Notes: generated from the sequence alone by a model not told the origin. A stretch of DNA of 63,465 nucleotides, filler included, from Pirum gemmata (GCA_002812295.1; 16 parts of 16 records of this genome joined end to end with filler, not necessarily neighbours in it), one strand, 5' to 3'; counted from the first letter of the whole stretch, positions 38,061-50,457 are shown. Numbers and translations are program-made.

Positions 38061-40439
38061 ATGGCTTGGTTTAACATATTGGGATTCGCCTTAAGCTTGT
38101 CTACTGCTATTAGTGCGGTTGGAGCTGATGTTCAAATATTGCAACAGCTACAGAACCAAAACTTCAATAACTATACCCACGCTAGAGTATGCCATAATGA
38201 TGGTAAATATATCAACATAACAGAGAACAAAAATTCTTCGCAAGTTTTAAATGGTACCAGGCCAATTCAATTAGCTTATTTTCACGAATATCATTTCTCT
38301 CGTATAGTTTCTCTTTATGCGAAATATCTAATAGAAGAAACTCTGGGATACAAAGTTGATTTAATTGAAGTTAAACACAATGATAACCATCAGTATCTTG
38401 ATGATATCAACAGTGGTAAATATGATGCTCATTTATCAGTTTACACTGATGAAGCTTATGATTATAAAAACCCCAAATTCAAAAACTTAGGTAATGTTGG
38501 ATTTCAAAGTCGACTCGGTTGGTATATGCCTGATTATATGATTAATTCTGAACCAGGACTAATCCATTACAAAGGTTGGAAAAACGTACAATCTCACGAA
38601 ACAATTTTTTGTCAAAATGAATCCGCATTTAATTACAGCAGCTTTGATTATGAAGCGGCTTTGAAAACAAAAGATTGTGCTAATGCGACTACGCCCAAAA
38701 AATGTATTGATTTCTTAAAAAAACATTCCACGAGCCGTGTATGCAAATTACAGTTTCTCAGTGATCCTGATTCTATTGAGTACGGTATGGATAGTCACAT
38801 TATTAGAAACCTGAAATTGGATTCAATTGTTAATATAACACATATCGATTCCCAGGTAGATCACGAAAAATTCAAAAACGATTATGTACAAGATGCCCTT
38901 AAACTATATAAACCTTTTATGATTAATGTCAAAGAGCCATCTATTGAATTGGCCGTTGTGGAAACAAAACATAGGGAGGCGATAAAGAACAACGTTGCTG
39001 CTAGTCCAAATCTAATTAGAGTGCATTTGGAAGAGTTTGATTATAGATGTAACGAACACTATTTTACAGATTCTTATTCAAAGTTTGCTTGTGATTATAA
39101 AGCACAGCAGGTGGGAAAAGTTATTTCGACCTCATTAGGTCAGAACTACCCTGAGGTAGAGAGGTTACTACACGAATTTCATTTACATGATATTTCTTTT
39201 TTAAACAAAATGTTGTTTGATTCGACCCTCATGTCTGAAGAAGATGCAGTATGCAAATTTATTAATGAACATCCGTCCTTTGTGGAAGAAATGAACAGTG
39301 AGAAAGATGTACATATTGTGAATACAATTTCAGAGCCACTTCGTATTACTTTTATGGTTATTGGTGGTATTATGTTTTTCTTTTGTAGTTTCAACTCCAT
39401 TCTGATTTTTCAATATAGAAAAAATAGTAACATCATTAGAGGATCGTACACCTTTTTGATGTTGATATGTCTTTGCTCTTGTGTGTATTCAATTTGGATT
39501 ATTTTAGTTTCTTTACCCACTAACAATATTGTGTGCGGGATGGAACCTTGGTTTTATCTCATAGGATTTTGTGGTGCTTTCCTGGCTTTGAACATGAAAA
39601 CATTCAGGGTGTCTCTATTGTTTAACAGGAAGTTAGCTTTAAAAGCCTCAAGATCTAGAAGAATAGTTAAAAATTTGAAAGATGACCGATTAGTTATCTA
39701 TTACGCTGTTATGATGGGGTTAATAATACTGTATTTAGCAGTTTGGACCGGGATTTCAACTACAAGACCTTGGCCTCACCTTTACTCAAGCGAAAAGGTT
39801 AGTAATCATAACATTTTTACCTTTGAGACCATTTGTGCATCAAGTCCTGTTTACGAGTATATTGCTATTGGTATCGAGTTTTTTGTAGTCCTTATCTCGG
39901 TCATGCTTGCCGTGAGTGTAAGAAATATTCCAACTAACTTTAACGAGAGTACTTTGATTGGTGTGGCTTCATATGGTGCTGCTTTGTGTGTGTTAGTTAA
40001 CGTGGCTATTCATTTTGTCACTGTAAATAATACTACAGCCTACATCTTGAAGATTGTTTTTTCCATCTTACCCATTTTCGCTCTTGTTGTCACCATTGTT
40101 TCACGAAAACTTTACAACGTTTACAAAGGTATTGAAGATGAAAGTAAGAGTAACAGTAGTCAATCACAATCAAAAAGTGGAAATACTGGTATACTCAACA
40201 GCATTAATAATTTGGTTTCAAAAGCATACCCATCAAAACCGAATGACAATGGGCACCAATCTACTAATAATAGGGTAAAACAGAATGCTACTACTAGAGG
40301 AGGAAAATCGGTAGTAGGGGTTTTGAAATCGGTTCACACTCAAGATAACGATGTTTCTGAACTAATTCTAACTGTGTGTGAGTCAGAGGAGCTACCAGTT
40401 GATGGAGGTATTTACGATGGTGATGATGACAGAGTTTAG
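38061..40439 (+). CDS. Class C (GABA-B-like, 7tm_3) GPCR with an N-terminal OpuAC/ProX-type solute-binding domain; intronless
   Basis: Signal peptide. YAKYLIEETLGYKVDL...SGKYDAHLSVY...NLGNVGFQSRLGWYMPDYM is betaine-binding-protein-like. The 7TM part has YRKNSNIIRGSYTF, ALNMKTFRV and VRNIPTNFNESTLIG, typical of class C. Confidence 0.88.
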   Translation: MAWFNILGFALSLSTAISAVGADVQILQQLQNQNFNNYTHARVCHNDGKYINITENKNSSQVLNGTRPIQLAYFHEYHFSRIVSLYAKYLIEETLGYKVDLIEVKHNDNHQYLDDINSGKYDAHLSVYTDEAYDYKNPKFKNLGNVGFQSRLGWYMPDYMINSEPGLIHYKGWKNVQSHETIFCQNESAFNYSSFDYEAALKTKDCANATTPKKCIDFLKKHSTSRVCKLQFLSDPDSIEYGMDSHIIRNLKLDSIVNITHIDSQVDHEKFKNDYVQDALKLYKPFMINVKEPSIELAVVETKHREAIKNNVAASPNLIRVHLEEFDYRCNEHYFTDSYSKFACDYKAQQVGKVISTSLGQNYPEVERLLHEFHLHDISFLNKMLFDSTLMSEEDAVCKFINEHPSFVEEMNSEKDVHIVNTISEPLRITFMVIGGIMFFFCSFNSILIFQYRKNSNIIRGSYTFLMLICLCSCVYSIWIILVSLPTNNIVCGMEPWFYLIGFCGAFLALNMKTFRVSLLFNRKLALKASRSRRIVKNLKDDRLVIYYAVMMGLIILYLAVWTGISTTRPWPHLYSSEKVSNHNIFTFETICASSPVYEYIAIGIEFFVVLISVMLAVSVRNIPTNFNESTLIGVASYGAALCVLVNVAIHFVTVNNTTAYILKIVFSILPIFALVVTIVSRKLYNVYKGIEDESKSNSSQSQSKSGNTGILNSINNLVSKAYPSKPNDNGHQSTNNRVKQNATTRGGKSVVGVLKSVHTQDNDVSELILTVCESEELPVDGGIYDGDDDRV

Positions 40440-41954
40440 ATTCTATTGTCTGCCTGTCTTGCTGTGGGTACACTAATAATAATTTCGATGAAAAATAATT
40501 TATGTTTAATTAATAGCCTTTATTTTTATAATATAGAGTATTTAAAATTTTAACTATACGAACAACTTATATCAATGTTGCTAATTTATGTAATAATAAT
40601 AAAAAAAAATACCAAGTATAAAATAGCTTTTTAAAAATGGTGATATCCGCTATTGGCTCGTACTTCGGTTAAAAATGTACTCGGGTTGGGAAGGGGAAAA
40701 AATAAAGTAATAATAATTGGTAAACTAGTCTTAGAAAATAGTCTGGATAGTCTACCTTCTGTGGCTTCAGTTTGGCTTTTGTAGAATGAGTGATAATGAT
40801 GCTATGAAGATAATTCAATAACAAAGTTTGCTTGTTTTAAGCTCTAGATTAGCTTCTAATTTATTATAATTTATTATAATTTATTATTATTATTATTATT
40901 ATAGTTTCCGATAGTTACATGACCCAGACAGAGAACATCGAGCTCAGATTGACGATGAACTTTGAAAAAATAAATAAAATTAAAATAAAATAAAACAAAT
41001 CTAATAACACTATTTATAAAGTACTATAACGCACGTACGTATAGTGTACGTATATCATAACTAGACCCTCAACACCCAAACTAGAGTCAAACTAGACTCT
41101 CTGAATCCAAAAATATCACAACCAAGTCTAGCCTAGGAGATATGGGAAAACATAATCGAATCAAACAGCTCGATCCTAATTATTAAATAGTGACAATTTT
41201 GAAATGATATTCTTTATTTTTTTTTTTTCGAGTTTCAAGTTTTTTCTATGATAGGAAATTACTTGAAATTTCTATGACAAGAATTTGTATCGTCCTTTTC
41301 AGTTGTTTTGTCACACTTTTGTCACCATAAAATATACAATGAAGAGTACCAAAATTAATACAATATATATCCATTTCATTTAATTTGGTATATTTTATTA
41401 TNNNNNNNNNNNNNNNNNNNNNNNNNNNNNNNNNNNNNNNNNNNNTTAATTAATTAANNNNNNNNNNNNNNNNNNNNNNNNNNNNNNNNNNNNNNNNNNN
41501 NTAATAATAATAATGTATAGTTTGAAAATTTACTTCCAAAATTTAATGCTTATTTATATTATTTATTACTTCGAGGAAAAAAAAAGGAAGGTGTGTAAAA
41601 CAATTGTAATGTATCGTGTGTTTCAATATTTTTGTCCAGTTCAAAAACTAAAATAAACGTATAAATTATTATTATGGTTAAACTATCAGACATGTTTTTA
41701 TTAATTTGGAATTTTATATTTAATGTTTTATTTTATAAACAAGTTCAAATATACACTTAAACAGTACCAAAATAAAGATTGAGAGGACAACTGTGATGAA
41801 ATAGACGATAGACTATCTACTACATACATAGTTTGAATTTTTCCTAGATTACTCTTTTGATCTTTGGTAAAAATAAATATTAAATAAATAAAAGTAAGTG
41901 AATTTATAATTAGTAATAAAAGAAATTTAAATGTTTATTTTATTTTTTGTAAAT

Positions 41955-42450
41955 AGCCCCAACCCTAACCCTAATCCTAATCCTAACCTTTTAACCTTAA
42001 CCCTAACCCTAACCTTAACCCTAACCTTAACCCTAACCTTAACCTTAACCCTAACCCTAACCCTAACCCTAACCCTAACCCTAACCCTAACCCTAACCTT
42101 AAACTTAACCCTAACCAAAACTATGCCACCCTAACCCTAGCCCTAGCCCTAACCCTAACCCTAACCCTAACCCAGTCCCTAATCCTAACACCAACCTTAA
42201 CCCTGACCCACTATAGCGGATAATTGTATTGACGTTGAGTTTAAACAAGATCCTTCTTATCCTTGTGGGACTTGTAATTCGGGTTGTGGGTGTTAAAGTC
42301 AATTCGAACGAATATTTTCATACTGAAAATATAAACCCTAATTATAACCCTAACCCTAACCCTATTTTTTGTTACCCTAGCCCTAGCCTTAACCTTAACC
42401 TAACCTTAACCTTAACCTTAACCTAACCTTAAGCTTAACTCTAACTCTAA
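41955..42450 (-). repeat. Interstitial (CCCTAA/CCTTAA)n arrays
   Basis: Hexamer arrays downstream of the PiT gene. Confidence 0.85.
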
Positions 42451-42804
42451 AGCAACAACAAAAAAAAAAAAAAATAAATAAATAAAAAAAAATGAATTTA
42501 TATATTATATAAGTAATAATAAAAGAAAGTGTTTATTTATTTTTTGTAAATAAATTTTATAATAACTGAAAATATGAAAACTAAAACTGGGAAAATTAAA
42601 TTATTAACTGATATAAGAAAAAAATGGTAAAATAAAATACATGAAAAATTTGCGTTTTTACAATGTCATGTATATAATATGATAATATGCATATGTAAAA
42701 TTTTAAGCGAGAAGATGAAACAGAAACCAAAAAAAAACCAAACTCCAATTTTCTTTCCGTCTATTAATATTCTCTGGTTAGGTTCTTTTAAAAATATAAT
42801 TAAA

Positions 42805-44649
42805 TTAAACTGGGAAAGCCGTTACTGTAGTACCATTAACTTCTTGGTACAATCCGACAAAATTCATATTCGGTGCATTGGTTAAAACAAGAAACGTCAA
42901 ACCAGATATTAAGGCAGTAACCGGTAATGTTATAAGCCAACCAAACATACACTTAGCTGCTTGTACCCAATTTACACTTTTATAATCAAACTCACACAAA
43001 CCAACGGCAATGGTTGCCCCTGTAACACAATGTGTAGTAGAAACAGGAATAGCTAAGAAAGTGGCCATTAGTACAGTTACAACAGCACCCATTTCCATAG
43101 CGAATCCTCGAGAAGGAGAAATGAAAGTCATATTATTACCTAAAGCATAAACAATTCTCCAACCCATAATAAATAAACCAATATTAATGGCAACACCACC
43201 GTAAGCTAAGATCCAAACTGGTACATCTACTTTTTTTCCTACATCTTCTTGAGTAACTCCGTTAGCTCCATTATTCCAAATCGAAAACACTGTAGCTAAT
43301 GGAGCAACGGCGTTAGCCACATCATTTGCACCGTGAGAAAAGGCCATAAACGCAGATGACATCAATTGTAACCACATAAAAGTTTTTTCAGTCGATGGTC
43401 TATATTGAAAGGAGGCCGCATGCATCTTTGCGATTTTCTCATCATCATCATGACAAACATCTTGACGAATACCGTGTAATACTGTGGAATCCAACGCAAA
43501 CATGATTCCATCCTTTGTACTAAAAATCCAAACAAACCGTTTAAGTGCACTTTTATCGTCCCATATTTCTTGTCTAGTATCGTAAACTTTTTTCCATCTT
43601 TTGTGAGCCGATTCCTTTTTGGGGGCTTTCAACGCAATCTCAGGTGATTCTGGTTGATTTTCAGTGCCTAATTCAATGTTAATAGTATCACCAATGTCCG
43701 AAGTAGTAGTACTTCCTGTGCCAGCTTCGACATCTTTTTTCAGTTGATCTTCACTCTTTTTATTTTGTTGACTACTAAAATTGTCTTTGGAATCTATAGA
43801 ACTATCGAGTTGCTTTCTTCTATGCTCTTCATCCTCTAATTCCCATTTTTTCACACTTCTCAATAAAAATGGTACAATCACGAACGCAGCAATTAAACCA
43901 GTACCACCAGTCATACCAAAAATAATACCAAGTTGAACACCAATTGGTTTTTCGTCAAGTTCAAGGGCTGGGGTACCTTTGTACACCCAAAACGATGAAA
44001 TAATAGCCATGGTACCCATAGCATAAATAGGGCAAGACCAAATTGCTCTTGTAGTAGAATTATCCCAAATCAAAATCGTATATTTTGTAAGAAGAAAAAT
44101 AGTAGCTCCAAAAATTCCGGCAATAGCTGGGGAAATGAAAAAAGAGGCAATTACTTTACCAACCCCATCCCAACCCCAATCAATGGCGCCGAAGCCAAAT
44201 GCAGCAATACCACCACCCATAATAGCCCCAATAGTACTATGAGTTGTGGACACTGGATATCCAAATTTAGTGGCCATAATTAGCCAAATAGAGCTCCCAA
44301 TTGAAGAGCAAAACATGACCATCATCAACAAATCAGGACGACTATTAAATTGTTTCACATCAATGATTTTTTTACGCACAGTGTTAGTTGTATTACTTCC
44401 AAGTAAAACGGCACCCAAAAACTCCATGATGCCCGCCACTATACAGGCTTTGAGCAGCGTGAGTGTTTTACTTGCAATAGCGTTGGCAAAAGAATTTGCT
44501 ACATCGTTTGCCCCAATACCAAAAGCATCAAAGAAGGCAAAGAATAAGGCTAACACGAAAATCCATGTTAAATCATGAGGTGCCAACACAGCGACAACCT
44601 CTTGCCCACCATCAACATTAAAATAATTGGTGAAATTCGTTGAAGACAT
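42805..44649 (-). CDS. PiT/PHO4-family (Pho89/SLC20-like) Na+-phosphate symporter, intronless
   Basis: Two signature GANDVAN motifs, two PVSTTH motifs, SPSRGFAMEMG, and a central hydrophilic loop. Confidence 0.95.
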   Translation of the reverse strand: MSSTNFTNYFNVDGGQEVVAVLAPHDLTWIFVLALFFAFFDAFGIGANDVANSFANAIASKTLTLLKACIVAGIMEFLGAVLLGSNTTNTVRKKIIDVKQFNSRPDLLMMVMFCSSIGSSIWLIMATKFGYPVSTTHSTIGAIMGGGIAAFGFGAIDWGWDGVGKVIASFFISPAIAGIFGATIFLLTKYTILIWDNSTTRAIWSCPIYAMGTMAIISSFWVYKGTPALELDEKPIGVQLGIIFGMTGGTGLIAAFVIVPFLLRSVKKWELEDEEHRRKQLDSSIDSKDNFSSQQNKKSEDQLKKDVEAGTGSTTTSDIGDTINIELGTENQPESPEIALKAPKKESAHKRWKKVYDTRQEIWDDKSALKRFVWIFSTKDGIMFALDSTVLHGIRQDVCHDDDEKIAKMHAASFQYRPSTEKTFMWLQLMSSAFMAFSHGANDVANAVAPLATVFSIWNNGANGVTQEDVGKKVDVPVWILAYGGVAINIGLFIMGWRIVYALGNNMTFISPSRGFAMEMGAVVTVLMATFLAIPVSTTHCVTGATIAVGLCEFDYKSVNWVQAAKCMFGWLITLPVTALISGLTFLVLTNAPNMNFVGLYQEVNGTTVTAFPV

Positions 44650-45512
44650 ATTCCAAAAATATGCTATTATAAATTTAAATATTCTTTATTGTTATTTTTT
44701 TAAAAAAAGTAGTTTACCCGATGAATGAATTACTTACTTATTGAACACTAAAAATCAAAATAATAATAAAAGAGCTAAATACAATATAATGATATAATTA
44801 TGGAAATTTAGCAATTTTGTTATAATTATAAATATGATAAATACAAAAAAAACAAGCGCTTTTATCTAGTATTACTTAGCATTGTTTGTTTTTTTTTACT
44901 TTTACTTTTTTTTTTTTTTGTGAAAGTTGTAGGTCTATATATATNNNNNNNNNNNNNNNNNNNNNNNNNNNNNNNNNNNNNNNNNNNNTTAATTAATTAA
45001 NNNNNNNNNNNNNNNNNNNNNNNNNNNNNNNNNNNNNNNNNNNNTTGTTGTTATTGTTATTGTTATTGTTATTGTTATTCATTATTAAATTATTAAATTA
45101 TTCATCATAAATTAATTATTAATATTAATTATAATATTATATAATAATAATATTATATTATTGTTATCATTACCATTATTATTAAAATATTATTAATAAT
45201 AATATTATTACAGTGACAGTTCTTCTTCCTAGTCTGAACTAGTGTTGCTTATTTAATATTGCCAGATCAACTCACACTCTCACCCGGATTGGGGAGTGAG
45301 CTGGTCAGACCATTACAAGCTTGGTTCTTGACTGTTCTTGTAAACTGCAGTCTGCATTTGTCCAGTATTTGTCGCTGTCAGAAAATAAAAAAAATATTAG
45401 TTCTAGTCTATTAGACTTTGGGTTTTTGAAAAGTGAATTTTCACGCTATCATATAATCCATATTCATACTAGCATATTCATACACACTATCAAAAGATCA
45501 AAAGTCTATCAT

Positions 45513-45701
45513 ATCGTGCTTTTCAGTTATTTTGTCGTCATAAAAATATACAATAAATAGTACCAAATTAATGCAATATAAATCCATTTAATTTAATTTG
45601 GTATAGTTTATTAAATATTCATTTATTTAAAAGTATCACTTTAAATATTATAAACAACCAAACAAATATTCGGAGTGAAAAAATAAATGAAAAGCACAAT
45701 A
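45513..45701. mobile_element. TA-flanked MITE, full length
   Basis: TA|TCGTGCTTTTCAG ... TGAAAAGCACAA|TA. Confidence 0.88.
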
Positions 45702-45928
45702 CATTAGTCTACAAAGTTGAAAATAAGAACTAATTATTATATAATATACAAAACCTAATAAATAACAAGTATTGATAATAACCATTATTTATTATTATAA
45801 TATTAATATATATACCCTTTATTAATTAATTATTAATACTTAAAAAAAAATTATTAAAAACATTACTGTTTTAATTTTAAAATTGACTCTTAGTAGTCTA
45901 TCGTGATCCTCGGTTGTTTTATCATATG

Positions 45929-45994
45929 TTAAACCTGGGGATAACCACTACGCTAGCTTGATCAAGCTAGCGTAGTGGTTATCCCCAGGTTTAA
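45929..45994. repeat. Perfect 66-bp palindrome with no spacer
   Basis: TTAAACCTGGGGATAACCACTACGCTAGCTTGA|TCAAGCTAGCGTAGTGGTTATCCCCAGGTTTAA. Confidence 0.95.
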
Positions 45995-46214
45995 TTAACA
46001 CATCATAAANATAATTATTATCTTTTATTTTATTACAGTTATCCTCTCAAATTACACTACTACTACTAGCTAGTAGCACTTATTTCGTTGACACAGAACA
46101 AGTATGTCGTTGTTATATAATAATATTATATAGACTTTGTTATTAGTGAGTATCTAGTAGTGAGTATAATATAATTATGATTATTATGATTATTATTATT
46201 TTTGTTGTTGGTAT

Positions 46215-46635
46215 TATCGTGCTTTTCAGTTCAATGTTTTGTCATTATAAAATATAAAATAAAGAATACCAAATTAATATAACATAAATCCATTTCATTT
46301 TATTTGGTATATTTTATTATCTATTTATTCCTTTAAAAATATCAATTTAAATATTATAACCAACCAAATAAATGTTTAGAGCGACAAAAGTTAGTTTTAA
46401 TAGACGCACCATACCATCAACCGACAGGCAACAAACGCAACTCGGGAGAGTCCGTCCACACCAACAGTTTCTACGCTTATTTTAATTTGGAGGGTTATAA
46501 TCTTTAAATTGACATTTTTAAATCAATAGATAGATAATAAAATATTCCAAATTAAATTAAATGGATGTATATTGTATTAATTTGGTACTATTTATTGTAT
46601 ATTTTATGATGGCAAAACAAATGAAAAACACTATA
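46215..46635. mobile_element. Two oppositely oriented TA-flanked MITE copies (~46215-46388, ~46479-46635)
   Basis: Family core on opposite strands. Confidence 0.75.
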
Positions 46636-48648
46636 AGTACTAAAGCTAGCAGTAGAGTTACAGAGGAGGGGCGACACAGAGAGGGATGAGCACCCTTAAT
46701 GTTTAATGTGAACAATTTAGGGCGAGGGGTCAAGTCAAAAAAGTGTTGCCGACTCTTTGCCTTAATTATTAATTAGTAAAAGTTCGCAATTTTGAGGCGG
46801 AGGGCACCGTGTCTATCCATGATCGCCTTAATAAAATTTTCGCCGGTAGACTAAATATTTTTGGGCCGCGCGAAGATTTGGCGAACTGCAGTCGAACTGC
46901 CCTAAATATGATCTAAAACCTTATTTGGTATAAATTCTAGTTTATGGCATATGACCAAAAAAGCGACTTTTTTCTATCACATGATAGTTTTTTTTTCCCC
47001 CCTTTCTGTTCTTATTATCATCATTATTATTATCATTAATTATCATTATCATTATCATTATCATTATCATTATCATTATCATTATCATTATCATTATCAT
47101 TATCGTTATCATTATCATTATCATTATCATTATCATTATCATTATCATTATCATTATCATTATCATTATCATTAATATTATCATTAATATTATCATTATC
47201 ATTATCATTATCATTATCAAGCAAGGACAGAAAAATGAAGTCCCTACAAGCTAGGTGGTTTCGTTGTCAAGAATTTCTTCATCAAATTCCAGATTTTCAG
47301 CTGAAACGAAATTCAATCATATTAAATCCGGAAAGAAAAAATTAATGGAAAAGATGAAGTTTTATACTATACTTCAATAAATGGTTCATGTATTAATATA
47401 TGATCCGGAAACTGATAGGAAACCAAAAGGCAAAAAAGGTAAGGTTGGTTATGATAGAGAAACCAAGCCCTCCCAATTATTTACCTGTTGTGCTATACTG
47501 TTACCTATACAGCCTATACTTTCACCAGAGCTCAAAAAACACTGAAAAAAAAACGTTTGGTTATCAGATGTAAAAAATCGAGTCTAACCCTAACCCTAAC
47601 CCTAACCCTAACCCTAACCCTATATTAAACCCTATTAAACCCTAACCCTAAAATCTTCAATAAATACCCACTAAATATCAAAATTGACTATCGATAAGGT
47701 AGTATAATCATTGCTATTAGATTTTTTACTATTTTTTACCAATATATATTTTTTGTTCGCCCCTTTTTTTTGCGNNNNNNNNNNNNNNNNNNNNNNNNNN
47801 NNGGGGGGGGCGTATTGAAATGTCGCCCGAGGGGGCAGCGCCCTAAATCGAAGAGGTCAGGTTCGCGCACTTTTGGACCAGAGTGTCCGATTAGTAGGAT
47901 GACGTCATCTGATCCACACCTACAAGAGTCCTGTAAGTAAATGACCCCTTCCTAATAAAGCAAATTGTATACCATATACGGTAATAAATAGTATAATAAT
48001 TTGCTTTTTTTGAAACTGTAGTAATAATAATAATAAAGATAATATGACCATATTTGGTAAATTAAATGTACCATATTAAGTAAAATACTTACTTTTTTGG
48101 TAACCTAAACCTATATTTGGGTGATTTTTTTTGAGTGAAATTTGGCACAAATTTCGATTTTCGACCGACTTTAGGCTGACCGCACTATAGTATCATAATA
48201 AACCGCAGCGGAAAATGAAAATTTCAGAGTCATTGTTGCTCACCATACTCCACTACCTCCAGCGAGACCGGCGTTGTAAAATAGCGACGAGTTATCTTAG
48301 GTACTGTGTTCCTCGGAGTCGGTGAATTATTTTTTTTAAATTATTGTAAAATACACTGCTTGAAAAAATGAAAGAAACCTGGTAATTATCAGTTAATTAT
48401 CTATAAATTATAATAGAAAAAGTAACCGGAATATCCAAATGATAATCGAGTAAACCAAAAAGCGTCTACAAATATTGTTTTTTTATTTTTTATTTTTTTT
48501 AATTTTTTTTTTATTAATTTTTTTTTTTTATGCATACATAGACTATCATAATAAAATAAAAATTAAAAAATTAAAAAATTAAAAAATATATATATATATG
48601 CGAAAATAACTCCTTTTTTGCTATATATATAATATGTTAGGAATCATC

Positions 48649-48819
48649 CATATAAAGGACGTCACCTGTTAAATCTTATCCATGCCTCTTTCCTTTGCCC
48701 AAAACACTTTTGGTCATAATTTTAAAATTCATTTTAATAATTAATTACTGCCTAAAACAGTTTAAGTCACACTTTCGAGCAATGACTTCTATCAAAGAAT
48801 AAGTGACGTCCTTTATATG
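48649..48819. mobile_element. 171-bp MITE with perfect 17-bp TIR CATATAAAGGACGTCAC
   Basis: The TIR pair is seen directly. The internal part (CCAAAACACTTTTGGTCATAATT, AAGTCACAC) is shared with ~19470-19550 in reverse. Confidence 0.7.
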
Positions 48820-48982
48820 AATACAATTATCAGATATTCCTGAGACAATTATTCACTAATAATCATTCTGTTTTTTCTACTTTATTTTTTTACTATTTTT
48901 TTATATTTTTTCCGCGAATCGGTTTAGTATTCGCTACTCCTATTTTGTTAATAATACTACCTTTTATAGAATTTCCCATATC

Positions 48983-49105
48983 TCCTTTTCAAATAATACG
49001 TCACGTCAAGGGGTAGGTAGGTAGGGGGTATTTGACCGGAAATTAACGTCGAGGGAACGGTAGGTAGGGGTATTTGAAGCTGTATTTGACCGGAAATTGG
49101 CCCCT
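48983..49105 (+). mobile_element. Harbinger-like MITE end (reverse of 18044-18170)
   Basis: TTCAAATAATACGTCACGTCAAGGGGTAGGTAGG...TTGACCGGAAATT, the last motif present twice. Confidence 0.65.
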
Positions 49106-50457
49106 AAATAAATCCATTTGATTTAATTTCGTATATTTTATTATCTATATATTGATTTAAAAATGTTAATTTAAATATTATAACCCACCAAATAAATATT
49201 CAGAGTGATAAAATAAATGAAAAGAATTGTATGGTGTCAATTTTTATTATTATTATTGTTGTTATTATTGTTATTGTTATTGTTATTGTTATGATTATGG
49301 TTATGGTTATGGTTATGGTTATGGTTATGGTTATGGTTATGGTTATGGTTATTGTTATTGTTANNNNNNNNNNNNNNNNNNNNNNNNNNNNNNNNNNNNN
49401 NNNNNNNTTAATTAATTAANNNNNNNNNNNNNNNNNNNNNNNNNNNNNNNNNNNNNNNNNNNNTTATTTATTTATTTATTTATTTATGTATTTATTTATT
49501 TAGTTAGTTAGATAGTTAGTCAGTTAGTTACATTACGTTAGCTTCTATGGCTAAACTTAAAAACATCAGTAGAAATAAGTATTATTTAAAGTCTTGTTTT
49601 TTTTCGGTTTTGCTTTTTAAAGTCTTGTTTTTTTTCGGTTTTGCTTTTTATAGTTTAAATATAGATTATATATAGTTACTACAAAGAAAAACCTTGGTTA
49701 TTAAATATCTCCCAATTTTTTTAACAGATTTTTTTAACATAATACGATTTTTTTCACTTCATACGATTTTTTTTAACACCATACGATACGAAGAAAGAGA
49801 GAGAGATGGCGGTAACAATCCAACACTCTTACTTTCATTCCCTGGCCTAAACTTGAATTACCTTTTGTAGATTTCCTTTAATTAACCATTTATAGCTTTT
49901 CCTAAAACTTACTTGTGTTTGATTGCTTACAATGTTTAGGTGATAAAGATCATTTCAAAAAAATACCGCAGGCTAAATATAAAATGGTTGTTGATACTAA
50001 CATCGGCCCCGCTCCAGATATTGAAAAATATAGATTAAAATTCAAAAAAAAATAACAAGTTTGGGTATATTAAATGGCTTAAAAATACTTTTAACAATAA
50101 TAACAATGATACTATAATGGATTATTATTATTACTATTATGAGATGGTTATAGTAGTAAGGGTTATACCATAATAATAATAGTAAAAGTAATAGTAATAA
50201 TAGTGATAATAATAATAATTAATTATCATTATAAGTTCCTAATTATAGGTTATAAATAAAACAAAACTTCATAGACATTATCAATTTATTTATTTTCTTG
50301 AAAATCCAGCTGTAAAAGTGGCTTCACTAGAATTCATTCATTATTTTCAAAACTTTGATTTTCTATTAATATATTTAAATGCAAATTTTAATGTTTATTA
50401 TGCATTGTTAGTTTTTTTTTGTTTTTATTAATTTTTTTTGTTGTTGTTGTTGTCTTA

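Noticed and set aside
49940..50055. Possible terminal exon GDKDHFKKIPQAKYKMVVDTNIGPAPDIEKYRLKFKKK
   Set aside because: Short and unrecognised, with no upstream exon identified; too weak to call.
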